A stretch of DNA of 62,848 nt, filler included, from Octopus bimaculoides (GCF_001194135.2; 7 parts of 7 records of this genome joined end to end with filler, not necessarily neighbours in it); one strand, 5' to 3'; shown: positions 12,530 through 26,470, counted from the whole stretch's first letter. A program made the numbers and translations. Notes: generated by a model not told the origin, from the sequence alone.

Positions 12530-13336
12530 TACGAGGGGGTACACAAAAGTAACTGGAAACGTTCTCTGTGGGGCAAACCCGTTGTTGTTCAGGGTTCTGC
12601 CGCTAGAAGCCACGGGTGTACTCGTACTGTCACGTACTGTGTCTTTGTTTTGCAGCGCTTCTCGCCTGTTAAGTCAATTTTTGCGTTGAGAGAAACGAAA
12701 GGAAAACGTACTTCTGTGAAATTCTGTTTACTGCTGAGGAAAACGGTGGCTTAAACAGTTGTCATGCTTCAAACAGCTCACAAGGACGCTGCCATGAACA
12801 AAACGCACGTTTACGAGTAATTTACACGCTTTAGAAATAGTCACTTGTCGCTTGACGACCAACCTCCTTTAGGGTGACCGTCGACCTCCCAAACGAATAA
12901 AAACATCAAAAACATTCATGAACTGATCTTGAAGGACCATCACTGAACAACTGACGAACTTGATATGACAAGTGTGTTCTGGAGCTCCTACCAACGAATT
13001 TCGAGCGAGGAATTGCGAATGAAAAGAGCTGCAGCAAATTTTATGCCTTACTTGCTCACGGAAGATCAAAAGCAGTCACGACTGAATGCGTGTCGTGAAC
13101 TGAAAGAACAGTTGCAAGTTGACCCGGACCATTTTTGAAAGCATCAGTGGTGACGAAAGTTGGTGCTTTCGAAATTTGCAGATGTGGAGGAGGTGAAGAA
13201 AGAAACGACGGAGGCGTTAAAAGGCATCACTTCGCAAGAGTTCCAGGACAGCTTCGAAGAGTGGAAAATGTGCCTGGACCGATGCATTGCTTCAAATGGA
13301 GAATACTTTGATGATGATAAAAATGTAAACATGTAA
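12530..13336 (+). mobile_element. Internally deleted mariner (Tc1/mariner) element
   Basis: TA+cgagggg left end. Transposase VKFCLLLRKTVA*TVVMLQTAHKDAAMNKTHVYE*F..DDQP..G*PSTS..FMPYLLTEDQK..ISGDESWC joined directly to KFADVEEVK..EFQDSFEEWK..DRCIASNGEYFD. No right TIR seen. Confidence 0.9.
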
Positions 13337-13504
13337 AATTAAGTGAACAAAATAGGCGCCTACGCATTCTAAAAGCCTACGAAACCTTAACTCATATGGA
13401 GTTGAGTTAAACTGTTGTTAAAAGTATATGTAACTCCCACTAAACGTCTTGAGTGACACTTTCGTTTGTCCACTCGCTGATACATACGCACACACACACA
13501 TATA

Positions 13505-13730
13505 TTGTATGTGTCTAATTCTTCGAAACGCTTAGTTTAGAATAGGGGCAGCTGATGAAGGAAATATTCTCTATGTAGCCTGTTTGTTTTCTGTGCTCTG
13601 TTTATGTTCTGTTTTTCATTTTGTCTACGTTTTTTCGTGACGCCCTGTACACAGATATGCATCTATATATACATGCAGATGTAGGTATGTACATACATGT
13701 ACGTATATATGCATATACTCATATATTATT
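13505..13730 (+). repeat. Dispersed repeat with hammerhead-like segments (copy 1)
   Basis: taattcttcgaaacgc..ggcagctgatgaagg..ctatgt.gcctg homologous to 33790-34000. Confidence 0.7.
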
Positions 13731-14460
13731 TGTATTATATATATATATATATATACACGCACACACTCACATACTCATGCAGGGAAGGTAGCATCCTAGT
13801 TATTATTGTTGTCTTTTAGTCCGAAGTTGACATTGGTCATGGTCAAGCAAACATACGATAAAACTCATTCTCAAAATAACGCTTCGTTGTTTCTCATATT
13901 AGTTTTATTTTCATCAACCATAGTATACTACTAGTATGCCATTATTGAACGCATCCTTCTTTAAACGTGATCCGGTGTGGTCCGAAAGTAATTTCCCTAC
14001 TATTTCTAGTCGGTCGAATGACCATATAGAAGTCCTCTTGATGCTTCGCCTAACAAGCCATAGTGATTGCTATTGGCTTGTCGGTTTGCTACTGACAATG
14101 TAAAGCTAGTCAGAACCAGATTGCATCAGACGATATTTTTTTTTTAATACATTACATATCGCACTCAAAGACGAAAGCTCGAACTTTTCATTGGTAGTTT
14201 ACAGCTAATAATAGAATATACGATCCACACATACACACACACACATATATATATATACATGCACACATACACATACTTACGACATACATGCATATATACA
14301 GTCAGACAGACAGACACACCCCTATACGTTGATAAAACAACAGCGACCACCGCAACAAAAACAAAAAAATACAAACAGTAAAATTCTCTATAAATATTAA
14401 TAGTGCTCTTTCGATCTCATTCCGTTAAAGTTTTATTATTATCATTATTATTATTATCAA

Positions 14461-14530
<70 letters not shown>

Positions 14531-14756
14531 TCTTTTTTTAAATTTTTGTTTGATTGTAATCTTTTTCTTTTGTTCAGATTGACTTTTCCATTTTCATGAT
14601 CATGATGATCATGATGATGATCATAATAATAATAATAATAATAATAATNNNNNNNNNNNNNNNNNNNNNNNNNNNNNNNNNNNNNNNNNNNNNNNNNNNN
14701 NNNNNNNNNNNNNNNNNNNNNNNNNNNNNNNNNNNNNNNNNNNNNNNNNNNNNNNN

Positions 14757-14808
<52 letters not shown>

Positions 14809-15154
14809 ACACACGCCGCACACACACACACACACATGTACACACAAACACTAACGTAAACGCTGATAGACACGGATGTAGGCACAAACAGTCTTATAAA
14901 GTTTAGTATGTATACAAATGTCATGTGTGTATGTATATGTGTGTCTAAGATATATATGTATATATATATATATGCGTGTACCTACGTCTGGATATACTTA
15001 GGTACATACTTAAGTACGTATGCATGTATAGTATGTATGTATGTATGTATGTATGTATGTATGCATGTACAGCGGTAGTCTGAAAGAGAATTCATAAAAT
15101 TTTGAAAAGTCATTTACCGATAATATATATGTGTCTGTGTAAGTGTGTTGTGTG

Positions 15155-15304
<150 letters not shown>

Positions 15305-15414
15305 GCGCGCATGTGTGTGTGAGTGCAAACGTTTGAGCTTACAATCATAAGTAGAAACAGTGTACTCAATACAGATACACCGTAAATGTCCACTGCAGTA
15401 ACGTTCCTAACGTG

Positions 15415-15735
15415 AAGGTGCGTGGCTTAGTGGTTAGGGTATTCAGCTCACGAACGTAAGGTCATGAGTGCGGATCCTGGCGGCGGGTTGTGTTTTTAAA
15501 CAAAACATATTATTTCACGTTGCTACAGTCCAGTCACCTCGCAAAAGTGAGTTGTACCTGTAATTCAAAAAGGCTAGCCTTTTCACATTTTGTATCATGC
15601 TGAATATCCCTGAGAACTACGTTAAGGTTATGCGTGTCTGTGGAGTGCTCAGCCATTTGCTCGTTAATTTCACGAGCAGGCTGTACCGTTGATCAGATCT
15701 ACTGGAACCCTCGTCTTCGTAGCCGACGGAGTAAC
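15415..15735 (+). mobile_element. tRNA-headed SINE, family C (tail variant 2)
   Basis: gtgcgtggcttagtggttagggtattc head and atttcacgttgctacagtcc core, with a different 3' half. Confidence 0.75.
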
Positions 15736-15759
15736 ATTTTTGTTGTTTTCAATGATCCT

Positions 15760-15995
15760 ACGCTGGAATCTCCTGTCGTGTACGACTGCTGAGAGTTGTG
15801 CATTTCCTTGCTGAATAACACGCACAGATGATTAGCTTATAATGATCAAATGTCTGTGTTGTGCATTAACCCTCTCCTTCCATCCGATCGACATTGCTTG
15901 CAATGTCAGACGAAGTGTTTTGTTCAAGAACAGAACGCATCGCCCGGTCCGGGAATCGAAGCTATGATTCCGTGTTCGCGCCCTAACCACTAGGC
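15760..15995 (-). mobile_element. tRNA-headed SINE, family C (tail variant 3)
   Basis: Minus strand gcggcctagtggttagggcg..cttcgattcccggaccgggcgatgcgttctgttcttgaacaaaacacttc. Confidence 0.6.
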
Positions 15996-16183
15996 CGCTT
16001 GCTTTCATATATATCAGTGTGTGTGCATGTGTGTGTGTTTGTCTGTGTGCGCGCGCGCACGTATGTGTATGTGTTGAATGTTACTTCTTTTCGTTTGTTT
16101 CCTCAAATATACATTCATACACACATATATGCGTACATACATACATGCATACATACATACACACACACGTGTGTGTGTGTGTG

Positions 16184-16215
<32 letters not shown>

Positions 16216-16225
16216 NNNNNNNNNN

Positions 16226-16264
<39 letters not shown>

Positions 16265-16291
16265 GCGACAGAGAGAGATAGAGAGAGAAGA

Positions 16292-16500
16292 CGACCTGGC
16301 AAAATTGTTAGAAGGCCGGACAAAATGCAAAGCGGCATCTCGTCCATCTTAATGTTCCGAGTTCAAATTCCGCCGAAGTCGAATTTGCTTTTGAGCCTTT
16401 CAGAATCGATAAAATAAGTACCCGTTGAGCACTGACGTCAATTTAATTGACTAACCGCACACCACAAGATTTAAGGCCTTGTGCCAATAGTAGTAAGGAT
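16292..16500 (+). mobile_element. SINE family B (diverged)
   Basis: gagttcaaattccgccgaagtcg..gataaaataagtacc..ggccttgtgcc.atagtag.aaggat. Confidence 0.75.
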
Positions 16501-16504
16501 GTGT

Positions 16505-16535
<31 letters not shown>

Positions 16536-17394
16536 CAAGTGTACGTGTGTGTGAGAGAGAGTGTCTGTGTTATTGATTGGAAATTATATTTAATTTTTTA
16601 CATCTAATGTTATTACATAAATGAAATAAAAATTGTATGTGAATATGTATGCGTGTATGTATGATTATATGTGCAAGTGCGTACGAACAAATAGGTTATT
16701 ACATGTTTGAATAGACAATTTTTCTTTACGTCAAATTATTCGTAATATTAAATAAGAAAATCAAAATCATAATATGTACCCACTCACACAAGCACTATCA
16801 TACACATTGACCAATATGGCCACCATTACCAATATTACAATCGATGTACATCTTAACGTATGGATATTTCGTAGTTACATCATTTATAGTTTCTTAATAG
16901 ACAAATATGATTGGTAGAGAATTCTACAAGTAATTCGTCCTACATCATGCTTAAAACATCAGAAATCAAAACAAAGATTGTTGAATTTATTTATATATCT
17001 GGGAATGGAATAAAGACTTTATTTTGTTTTTGTTTTTTAATATGTATTCTGTATATATGCATAAGAGTGCGTGTCTGCAAGTAACTGTTCCCCCCCCCAC
17101 ACACACACACACACACACTTCCAGTGTTTGATTTTCGTGGAAGAAGATAGATGACGGGTCAATTTTTTTCGATAATTACATTCATTAATTTAGCTGTATT
17201 TTGTTCTCTCTTGGTTTTGATATTTTTCTAATTTATTTATTTATTTACGTTTACCCTTTTATTACGAAATGAAAGATCGATGAAGAAAGAAAACAAAACC
17301 CTCAACTCATTTTTATTACTTCTGCCTTTCTGGATTTCTCTCGTTAGATGCACACATTTATGCACTCACAAGCACACACTAACACGCGCAAATA

Positions 17395-17406
17395 GATAGA
17401 AAGAGT

Positions 17407-17475
<69 letters not shown>

Positions 17476-17521
17476 GTAGGTAGATAGATAGATAGATAGA
17501 CAGATAGATAGATAGATAGAC

Positions 17522-17579
<58 letters not shown>

Positions 17580-17605
17580 GTAGATAGATAGATAGATAGA
17601 TAGAT
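17395..17605. repeat. (GATA)n tetranucleotide array
   Basis: Visible. Confidence 0.95.
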
Positions 17606-18124
17606 AATATATATTTATACATATGTATATTTATGTATGTACGTATGCATATGTGTGTGTGTGTGTAAACATATATATGTGAGCTATCGAATGGTTTCAT
17701 GCCATATATGTAGAGGCAAATTTAGTAATCAATGAACATAGCTAAAGAGTAAAATGTCATCGACAGGTAACGCCACATGCATATTAAATGGTTATTGCAG
17801 TAGAGAAACCATCACGCGTGGCGAAGATAAATTCAAAGAATCCCAGTGGCGCGACGAATGCACTGAAATATATGGGCAGGGCATAAGGTCCCTTCAGACC
17901 AGGTTCAACAACCACAATATCCAAGTGAGATGTAACATTACAATATTGGTGAGACATGTATAGATATTGAAAGACGCTGCACAATATCAAGTGTAGATCT
18001 TACCTCAAAAGCAGTGAGGTTCAGTGAAAAGCATCATATTGAAGAACTTACTCCCATCAGGGCAGACATGAATGTGATGTTATTCCCCTTGCTCTCATGC
18101 ATGCAAATAGCCAACAGGTCGAGC

Positions 18125-18890
18125 ACTTTTACTTGTTTCAGCTCGAGAGCTGCGGCCAAGCTGGGGCACCACCGTTACTTTTGCTGCATTGACATTTCTT
18201 GAAACCACTTCTGACATGCAGGATATTATTTGGTAAATGAGGGAGTTTGACGTTGCTGTCCTCTTTTGCGTTTCATGTTGCAATGTAGAATCGTCCGGAA
18301 CTCTGGACAGGAGGTAATTCAGTTTTGTTTTAAAGACACCTACATCCCCTTCATGGAGGTCTCTCAGGCTTTTGTGGAGGATATTGAAGATTTGTGAGGC
18401 CTAGAAACTCAAGCTGTTGCAGTGTCTGGTGTTATATCTTGATGGTGGTGTTGAAATACTTGGCACTATGCAGTGGCGCCCCGTTTAGGTGTTTATGTAA
18501 CGTGCTATGCCAAAAATGTGTACAAGTCCGTCAAGAATTTTCCAGATTAATATCACTACATATCTTTCTCGCTTTCATTCTAAGGAGTAGAGTCTTAACT
18601 TTTTCAGCCTCTCCAAGTAGATAACCTGTCGCATTGAGACGTATTTCTTTGTATAGCTTCGCTAGATTGCTTCGAGTTCCGCCGTTAATTTTACACTGTG
18701 TGGTGGCCATAGTTGGAAGCAATACTCTAAGCAGCTAGGAGCAAATGTCCTCCAGAGGACCTTCATGGTTTCCTGTTCTCTCGTTCTGAAAGTTCTAAGG
18801 ATCTATTCGGCCAGCTGCCTGCATCTTATTGCCAACTTAGTACTATGGAAAGATGCATTATTACCAGGTTGCGTTCTAGGCATTGATATT
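18125..18890 (-). mobile_element. CR1-clade LINE 3' end (ORF2 C-terminus plus tail), decayed
   Basis: ILRTFRTREQETMKVLWRTFAPSCLEYCFQLWPPH..ELEAI*RSYTK..YLERLKKLRLYSLE*KRERY..IWKILDGLV..FKTKLNYLLSRVPD..TATSNSLIYQ, followed by tail ggtggtgccccagcttggccgcagctctcgagctgaaacaagtaaaa. Confidence 0.85.
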
Positions 18891-19769
18891 TTATTATGAT
18901 GAATTGTTGCTTCCATCGTGATAAAAATTATTTTCCCTACACACCCATCATTTAATACATACAGACATACACTTTCTTAAAAAAAGAATATGCACCCTAG
19001 ATTTATACACATTTCTTTAAAAAATAAGCATTTGCTCTACCTCCCACCATCGCCTCTTCCCCGTACCTCTTTCATTCTTTATCTTTTGCCGTACCCATCC
19101 ACCTCACACTTAATCTTTCTTCATCCCACAATAAAATTTCACATAAAATTGGGGTGGATCATTATCCCTTTGCATACGTGCATGTGGTCACTGGCTAAAA
19201 TATAGCAATTCAAAGGTTTAAGAGTCAATCTTGTTTGCCTTGTTCTTTTGTTCTGTCACTTATGGATGTGTTCTTTCATCCATAATTTTCGTCTCGGTCA
19301 TTCTCAACAATTTTGAGACTCATAAACCGGATGTAAAGTTTTCTGACCTCCTGTAACAAAATGTCCATGCCATACTTTTCTATTCGGCAATTTTCGATGA
19401 TTGATAATTTTGCTTTTGCATATTTGGCCAGAAAACCGTTCGTAACGGCATTAATGGGCTGTCATGAACACATAATAGGTGAATAATACCAACACTATTA
19501 GCTAATATATGCGTGTGCCTGTTAGATACTCTGTCTCCTGAAAATTTATATATATATATATATATATATATATNNNNNNNNNNNNNNNNNNNNNNNNNNN
19601 NNNNNNNNNNNNNNNNNTTAATTAATTAANNNNNNNNNNNNNNNNNNNNNNNNNNNNNNNNNNNNNNNNNNNNATTTTATAACATTTTTCTGACATAATT
19701 TAACTATATACTTTAACCATGTAACACAAGCCTTCTGTAGTTTTTTCACTCTTATTATCTTTTATATAT

Positions 19770-20035
19770 CATCATCATCATCATCATCATCGTTTAACGT
19801 CCGCTTTCCATGCTAACATGGGTTGGACGATTTGACTGAGGACTGATGCAACCGGATGGCTACACCAGGCTCCAATCTAATTTGGCAGAGTTTCTAAAGC
19901 TGGATGCCCTTCCTAACGCCAACCACTCAGAGAGTGTAGTGGGTGCTTTTACGTGTCACCCGCACGAAAACGGCCACGCTCGAAATGGTGTCTTTTATGT
20001 GCCACCCGCACAAGAGCCAGTCTAGGGGCACTGAC
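19770..20035 (-). mobile_element. RTE-type retroelement 3' end
   Basis: (CAT)n tail, cgtttaacgtccgctttccatgc and ggatgcccttcctaacgccaacc. Homologous copies near 49447, 49895, 51310 and 53780. The RTE assignment is from recall of such 3' UTRs. Confidence 0.55.
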
Positions 20036-20420
20036 TATTTTACTTTTACTCGATTCAGCCATGTAGCTGCTGCCATGCTGGAGCACCACTGTGGAAATAC
20101 TTTTTCTTAAAAGATGTACATGCATATGTGCAGCAGTATTCATGTGGTAAGTTTCTACAGCACCAAATGCCCTTCCAGTTGTGAACCACCACTTGTTGCC
20201 AAATGAGGTAGGTGTTTCCCTCTCTGTTAGGAGGCACAAACACTTAGACACACACGTACACATATGATGATAACTTCCACCAATCAAATTCACCTACAAG
20301 GCTTTGGTCAGCCCCACGCTATAGCAGACGACACTTGCCCAAGGTGCCATGCAGTGGCACTGAACTCGAGACCATGTGGCTAGAAAGCAAGCTTCCTAAC
20401 CACACAGACATGTCCGCAGC
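20036..20420 (-). mobile_element. SINE family A (fragmented tail and head)
   Basis: ttttactc..gccatgctggagcacc at ~20040-20090; caaggctttggtc..gacacttgcccaaggtgcc at ~20295-20350. Confidence 0.7.
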
Positions 20421-20648
20421 TGCACGATTAAATATACAAACCTGTATACAGATTATATGCAATTATATATATTTATTTATATTTATTTATACAACTACAC
20501 ACACTGATTTATCTGTCTCTCTCTCTCTCTCTCTCTTTATCTATCTATCTATCTATCTATATATATATATATACATATATATGCATGCATGTACATATAT
20601 GTATGTATATACATATATATATAAATATATATATATATATTTTTTATT

Positions 20649-20692
<44 letters not shown>

Positions 20693-22239
20693 TATTTACA
20701 TATACATAGAGCTATAAAATATATATATAAATACATATATTATATACATATATACCTACACTAATATATACATATATATGTATATGTATTTGTAGATATA
20801 AATTTTTTTTTTCAGAATGAGATTAGAATCCATATATGGGGCCCTATGTTAGTATCTAAGGGGCCCATCTCCACAAGTTTGAGAAATTTTTATTCACTCC
20901 TGGAAGAATACATTAATTATTTCAGCCTGGCTGTGTTTGTAGACAGTTGAAAAGAATACTTTTAACAAAAAAAAAAAATATTGTAGTTGCAGGTGAGCCC
21001 CCTTGTAGTTGCAGTTGGGCTCCCTTGTAGTTGTGTGTGTTCCCCCTTAGTCTCCTGGCAACCAATATTTTTAGACCCAGTTCACCACTGATTCCACATG
21101 ATTGACTGATTAACTGACCAATCAGCACTGAGCCATCACACAATTCAGCCTTCTAGATTCTAGAGCCCTCTAACAAAGCTTATAAATAGATGAGCTTTGG
21201 CACTAAACCAGAATGTTGGAGACCATCACAGTGAAAACCACATTCTCATTTTCATTCATCAGCAGAAGCAGAAACAGTATGCCACAGTTCTTTTAACAAC
21301 TTCTTACTCATATTTGTCTTCTCCAGTTGAGTAGATAAGAAGCTACAGATTTTCCATCATGCATTTAGCATAATATTTTTCCTAACAATTCCACCAATTC
21401 ATGCCCCTTAGAAAAGAGACATGTCCATGTGCTTTCTAGTCATTGAGTGTTATTAATAAAGTTTAAACTAACCTTTCAAGGGTCTTGAAACACATATATG
21501 TTACTTCTTGTAAGAGAATATTTTTGCATATACTCTCTCAATGGAACAAATACTAATAATAGTACTCATTACTACTAATACTATGTGCTTATGCACATGC
21601 ATAAGCACACACACACACATGCGTAAATTAGAGTACAATTTATAAACAGGTGATAGCTTAGAATATAAAGAAGTGTTTCAGTACATTCACTGAGTAAATA
21701 TGTGTATTAGTAAAGTATAAGGACTCAAAACATTTCAGCAACTCCCTGATTCATAAAAAATTATAATTTTGTAAGCAATGGATCATTTTGCCAATGATAT
21801 ATGAGTATGAACAATACATTATCCCTCTTCAAACTCTGATGGTTCCTGATCTTTCATTTACAATGCAATCATTTTTTAGGGAGGAAAATAATTTATTAGT
21901 TTTTACACAGAAGTTATTTCCCTTGAGCTTTGTAAATTTTAAGGCCAATTGTGTAAAAGAGATAAGCACTTTTTCACAACGGAATTAGATATGATGTGTA
22001 CATATGCATGCATGCACCCATGGACACACACACACATGCACAACACAAATGTATGTATGTATGTATATNNNNNNNNNNNNNNNNNNNNNNNNNNNNNNNN
22101 NNNNNNNNNNNNNNNNNNNNNNNNNNNNNNNNNNNNNNNNNNNNNNNNNNNNNNNNNNNNNNNNNNNNNNNNNNNNNNNNNNNNNNNNNNNNNNNNNNNN
22201 NNNNNNNNNNNNNNNNNNNNNNNNNNNNNNNNNNNNNNA

Positions 22240-22316
<77 letters not shown>

Positions 22317-24115
22317 ATACATACATGTGTGTGTGTCTATGAATGTATGTATAGAAATGCACATCCATGCACAATTTATTTGTACAAGCAGTCGAAAAGT
22401 ATTGGGGATTCCCAGCAAGGTTTAAATGAAATTGTGCTAAAGCATCAGAAATAGTAAGCAAGTACATCTTATAGTACGATGTTTAAAATAATGGGGACAT
22501 CTTACATCTGTATAGTGTGTGCCATTGGGCAGGTAATATAGTCACTACATGCAACAACTGAGAAAGTGGTACCCTTGGTGATGTCGTGTCTGAGGTTAAT
22601 GTTTCAACAAATATTTTTTAAGTATTTCTCTGAGTCAGAAATTTAGCAGCAACTTATGGACATAACAGTTTGTTCCAAAACATTCACGACAAATATTCAT
22701 ATGCACTTTAGATTTTTTTAATGGTATGATATTCTAACCTCCTCTGCCATACACAAATAGCATCTTCTATTTCAATTAATATAGGGACTGCTTAGTTCTT
22801 TAATCTTATATTTGATGGTATAGTTGTTGTTATCTCTAAGTTACCATATATATTTTGATAAAGCTGTTGTTTTCTCTTTGACTTTCAAGAATAAGATCAG
22901 AACTGCATAGTTTGCTTGAATACTGATATTCTGATATAATTTTTTTGATTTTGTTTCTCATGTTTGTGCTGGTGAGGCTGACTTTTACTTTGTGTATTAT
23001 TTTTATGTAACAATCTTGGGTCAGTGGGAACGAGTCCCTGTGTCAGTGTGCACAATGTTTAACCATCAGCAAAGATGGGTTACTTGATAGTTTGTTTTCA
23101 TATGTTCAGCACTAATGTAGATTACTTTCAGACTAGTCTATAGAAAATAGCTCTATACTGATGCTAGTTGAGGAATTACTTACCTGTCCGTTCAAGGAAC
23201 TTTATTCCAATCTAAGTCTTTCAGTTCTTCAAGAAATGGGGTGGATATGAACCTAACAGGATTCCACAGTCTGTTAGAAAATTGGATCTTAGTATGCAGT
23301 GTAATACTAACCAAATCTATGAATCTGCTTTTCCTAAGACACTGATGCAACAGAGTTTTGCCTTATGAAAGATATCTCAACACAAAGAGAGGATAAAGGT
23401 CTTTGTCTTAATATTCTGAACTAAATCGTTAAAATGTCTTGGTGGATGTTAAGAGTGTTTATATATCATAGTCTCAAAATGTTTATCAAAAGTTTATACG
23501 TATTTGTATAAACTGAGGGAGAGAGCAAAAAATTGGATTTTAAGGTGAGGCGAGCTGGTCGCCAACACTTTTTTCTACAAAATAGGGGTAGCTTATCATG
23601 TTCAGGCTATATTATTAGCATTATCCTGCCTTTGAGAATTTAAAAATCATTTCTTTAACTTTCTAAGACATCTCAACGGTTCTAAAAGCAAACTTCTTTT
23701 CTTTGTTTATGTTTATCGTAATTTGAATTTAACATACATATATACTTATACATATATATATACATACTCACCGCACACACATATATACATACACTCCTGC
23801 ATGCACTACATATAGCATACTCTCGTTGATATGAACAGCAAAAAAGTACTCGATCCAGTGGGAGATAAACATCATTTAATGAATGCAGTTGTTATACATG
23901 AGCTACTTTGAGTTTCATGCATGGATAGTACAGTAAACAGACTAGCTTATATAGTGTACTTTGCATGATAAAACATTAGTTACATGATTTGGACTGGTGT
24001 ACACTGTGCTTGCTCTTAAAACATCTAACAAAAATTATGAATCATTAGGTTTATTTGGCTGCACCCTATACAAATGTATAATTCTGCTTATATTTACTCA
24101 ACTCATGTACACAAG

Positions 24116-24150
<35 letters not shown>

Positions 24151-25050
24151 NNNNNNNNNNNNNNNNNNNNNNNNNNNNNNNNNNNNNNNNNNNNNNNNNN
24201 NNNNNNNNNNNNNNNNNNNNNNNNNNNNNNNNNNNNNNNNNNNNNNNNNNNNNNNNNNNNNNNNNNNNNNNNNNNNNNNNNNNNNNNNNNNNNNNNNNNN
24301 NNNNNNNNNNNNNNNNNNNNNNNNNNNNNNNNNNNNNNNNNNNNNNNNNNNNNNNNNNNNNNNNNNNNNNNNNNNNNNNNNNNNNNNNNNNNNNNNNNNN
24401 NNNNNNNNNNNNNNNNNNNNNNNNNNNNNNNNNNNNNNNNNNNNNNNNNNNNNNNNNNNNNNNNNNNNNNNNNNNNNNNNNNNNNNNNNNNNNNNNNNNN
24501 NNNNNNNNNNNNNNNNNNNNNNNNNNNNNNNNNNNNNNNNNNNNNNNNNNNNNNNNNNNNNNNNNNNNNNNNNNNNNNNNNNNNNNNNNNNNNNNNNNNN
24601 NNNNNNNNGGTGTGGAAATAGAATCAGTCAGGAAGAAGAAGCTCCTTCCCATCAAACAAAAGTAATAACAAAATAAATAACAACAACAAAATAAATGAAT
24701 AAAAGAATAATCCAACAACCAGAAATCGACCAACCGTGCATGACAAATTCAAAATCTAGCAAAAATTTTAAAAAAGATAAAATAAATTATTTGGTTACAA
24801 ACTGAAGGTCAATGTTGGAGAAAAAGCACAAAGATATAGAATAAAACAAAAATGATAAAAATAAAACACTAACAAAAAATATAAACACACACAAACATCA
24901 ATAAAATAAAGCTCTCCACCTGAACTGTTCTCTGGTTTCTGTTAGTTCAGACCATTAAATATCTGCTGATCCTTAACATTGTAAATTGCCAATCATACAC
25001 TTGTGAGGGTGTGGTTAATGGAAACAACAACAACAACAGCAGCAACAACG

Positions 25051-25101
<51 letters not shown>

Positions 25102-25573
25102 GAAATGTAAAAGTTTACGAAAAAGAGCATTTAAGAAATAGCTTTGGCAAGAACTGCTTTAGAAAAAAAAGGAAATAGTAATGAGGGCGATTGTTGTCAT
25201 GGTGGTACGTCAGTCACTGGTGAGAAGATCTGTGGCTAATGATGTCTCAAACACCTTTCAAAAATTTAAACTGAGTAAATAGAAAGATAGTTGGCAGTGT
25301 CATAAGATTGACTATGTGTCTATATGTGTGTGTTTATACACACACACACACACACACACACACGCAGATGAGATCCAGAGATTCTTGGTACAGAAAACAC
25401 TTAGTAGCACTCAAATGGTTTGAACATAGCCTCTGAGGTCTTTACGAGGGACCGATTCTGATGGGTAAAAAATAGCTATAAGAGGGATTACGGTGAGCAG
25501 ATATGGAGACAATTCTGTGGATAAAGAAATTAAATATATATTTAATTTGTTTATCTGCATAATTGCCTCTGTA

Positions 25574-25734
25574 TAGGTGCAGTGTGGCTGTGTGGTAAGA
25601 AACTTGCTTCCCAACCACATGGCTCGGGGTTCAGTCCCACTGTGTGGCACCTTGGGCAAGTGTCTGCTACTATAGCCTCAGGCTGACCAATGCCTTGTGA
25701 ATGGATTTGGCAGATGGAAACTGAAAGAAGCCCA

Positions 25735-25773
<39 letters not shown>

Positions 25774-26050
25774 NNNNNNNNNNNNNNNNNNNNNNNNNNN
25801 NNNNNNTATATATATATATATATTTATATATATATTTGTGTGTCTCTATGTTTGTCCACCCACCATCACTTGACAACCCATGTTGATGTGTTTCCATCCC
25901 TATAACTTAGTGGTTCAGCAAAAGAGAACCAATTGAATAACTACAAGGCTTACAAAGAAGAAGTCGTGGGGTCGATTTGTTTGACTAAAGGTGGTGCTCC
26001 AGCATGGCTGCAGTCAGACGACAGAAACAAATAAAATAAAAACAGAATAA
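25574..26050 (+). mobile_element. SINE family A
   Basis: Head tggctgtgtggtaagaaacttgcttcccaaccacatgg, internal (CA)/(TA) array and tail. Confidence 0.85.
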
Positions 26051-26139
26051 AAAGATACGTATGTAAATTAACCACTATTTGAGTACTGGGGTTGATGTAA
26101 ACGACTTTACCCCTCCCCCAAAAGGAATTATAAATTATT

Positions 26140-26470
26140 TTTTATCTTATTCTTTTACTTGTTTCAGTCATTTGACTGCAGCCATGCCAAGGCACTGCCT
26201 TGAAAGGTTTTAGTTGAACAAATCAACCCTAGTACTTATCAATCTCTATTGTTAAACCACTAAGTTATGGGTATAGGAACACGCTACCACCACCGGTTGT
26301 CAAGTGGTGATGGTAGACAAATACACACACACATATATGACAGGCTTCTTTCGGTTTCTGTCTACCTAATCCACCCACAAGGCTTTGGTTGGCCTGAGGC
26401 TGTAGTAGAAGACACTTGCCCAAGGTGCCATGCAGTCGGACTGAACCCAGAACCATGTGGCTGAAAAGCC
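26140..26470 (-). mobile_element. SINE family A, tail-to-tail with the previous copy
   Basis: ttttacttgtttcagtcatttgactgcagcc..gacacttgcccaaggtgcc. Confidence 0.85.

Noticed and set aside
17754-18090. Possible RTE/BovB-like RT remnant
   Set aside because: Similarity too weak and fragmented to support without an alignment.
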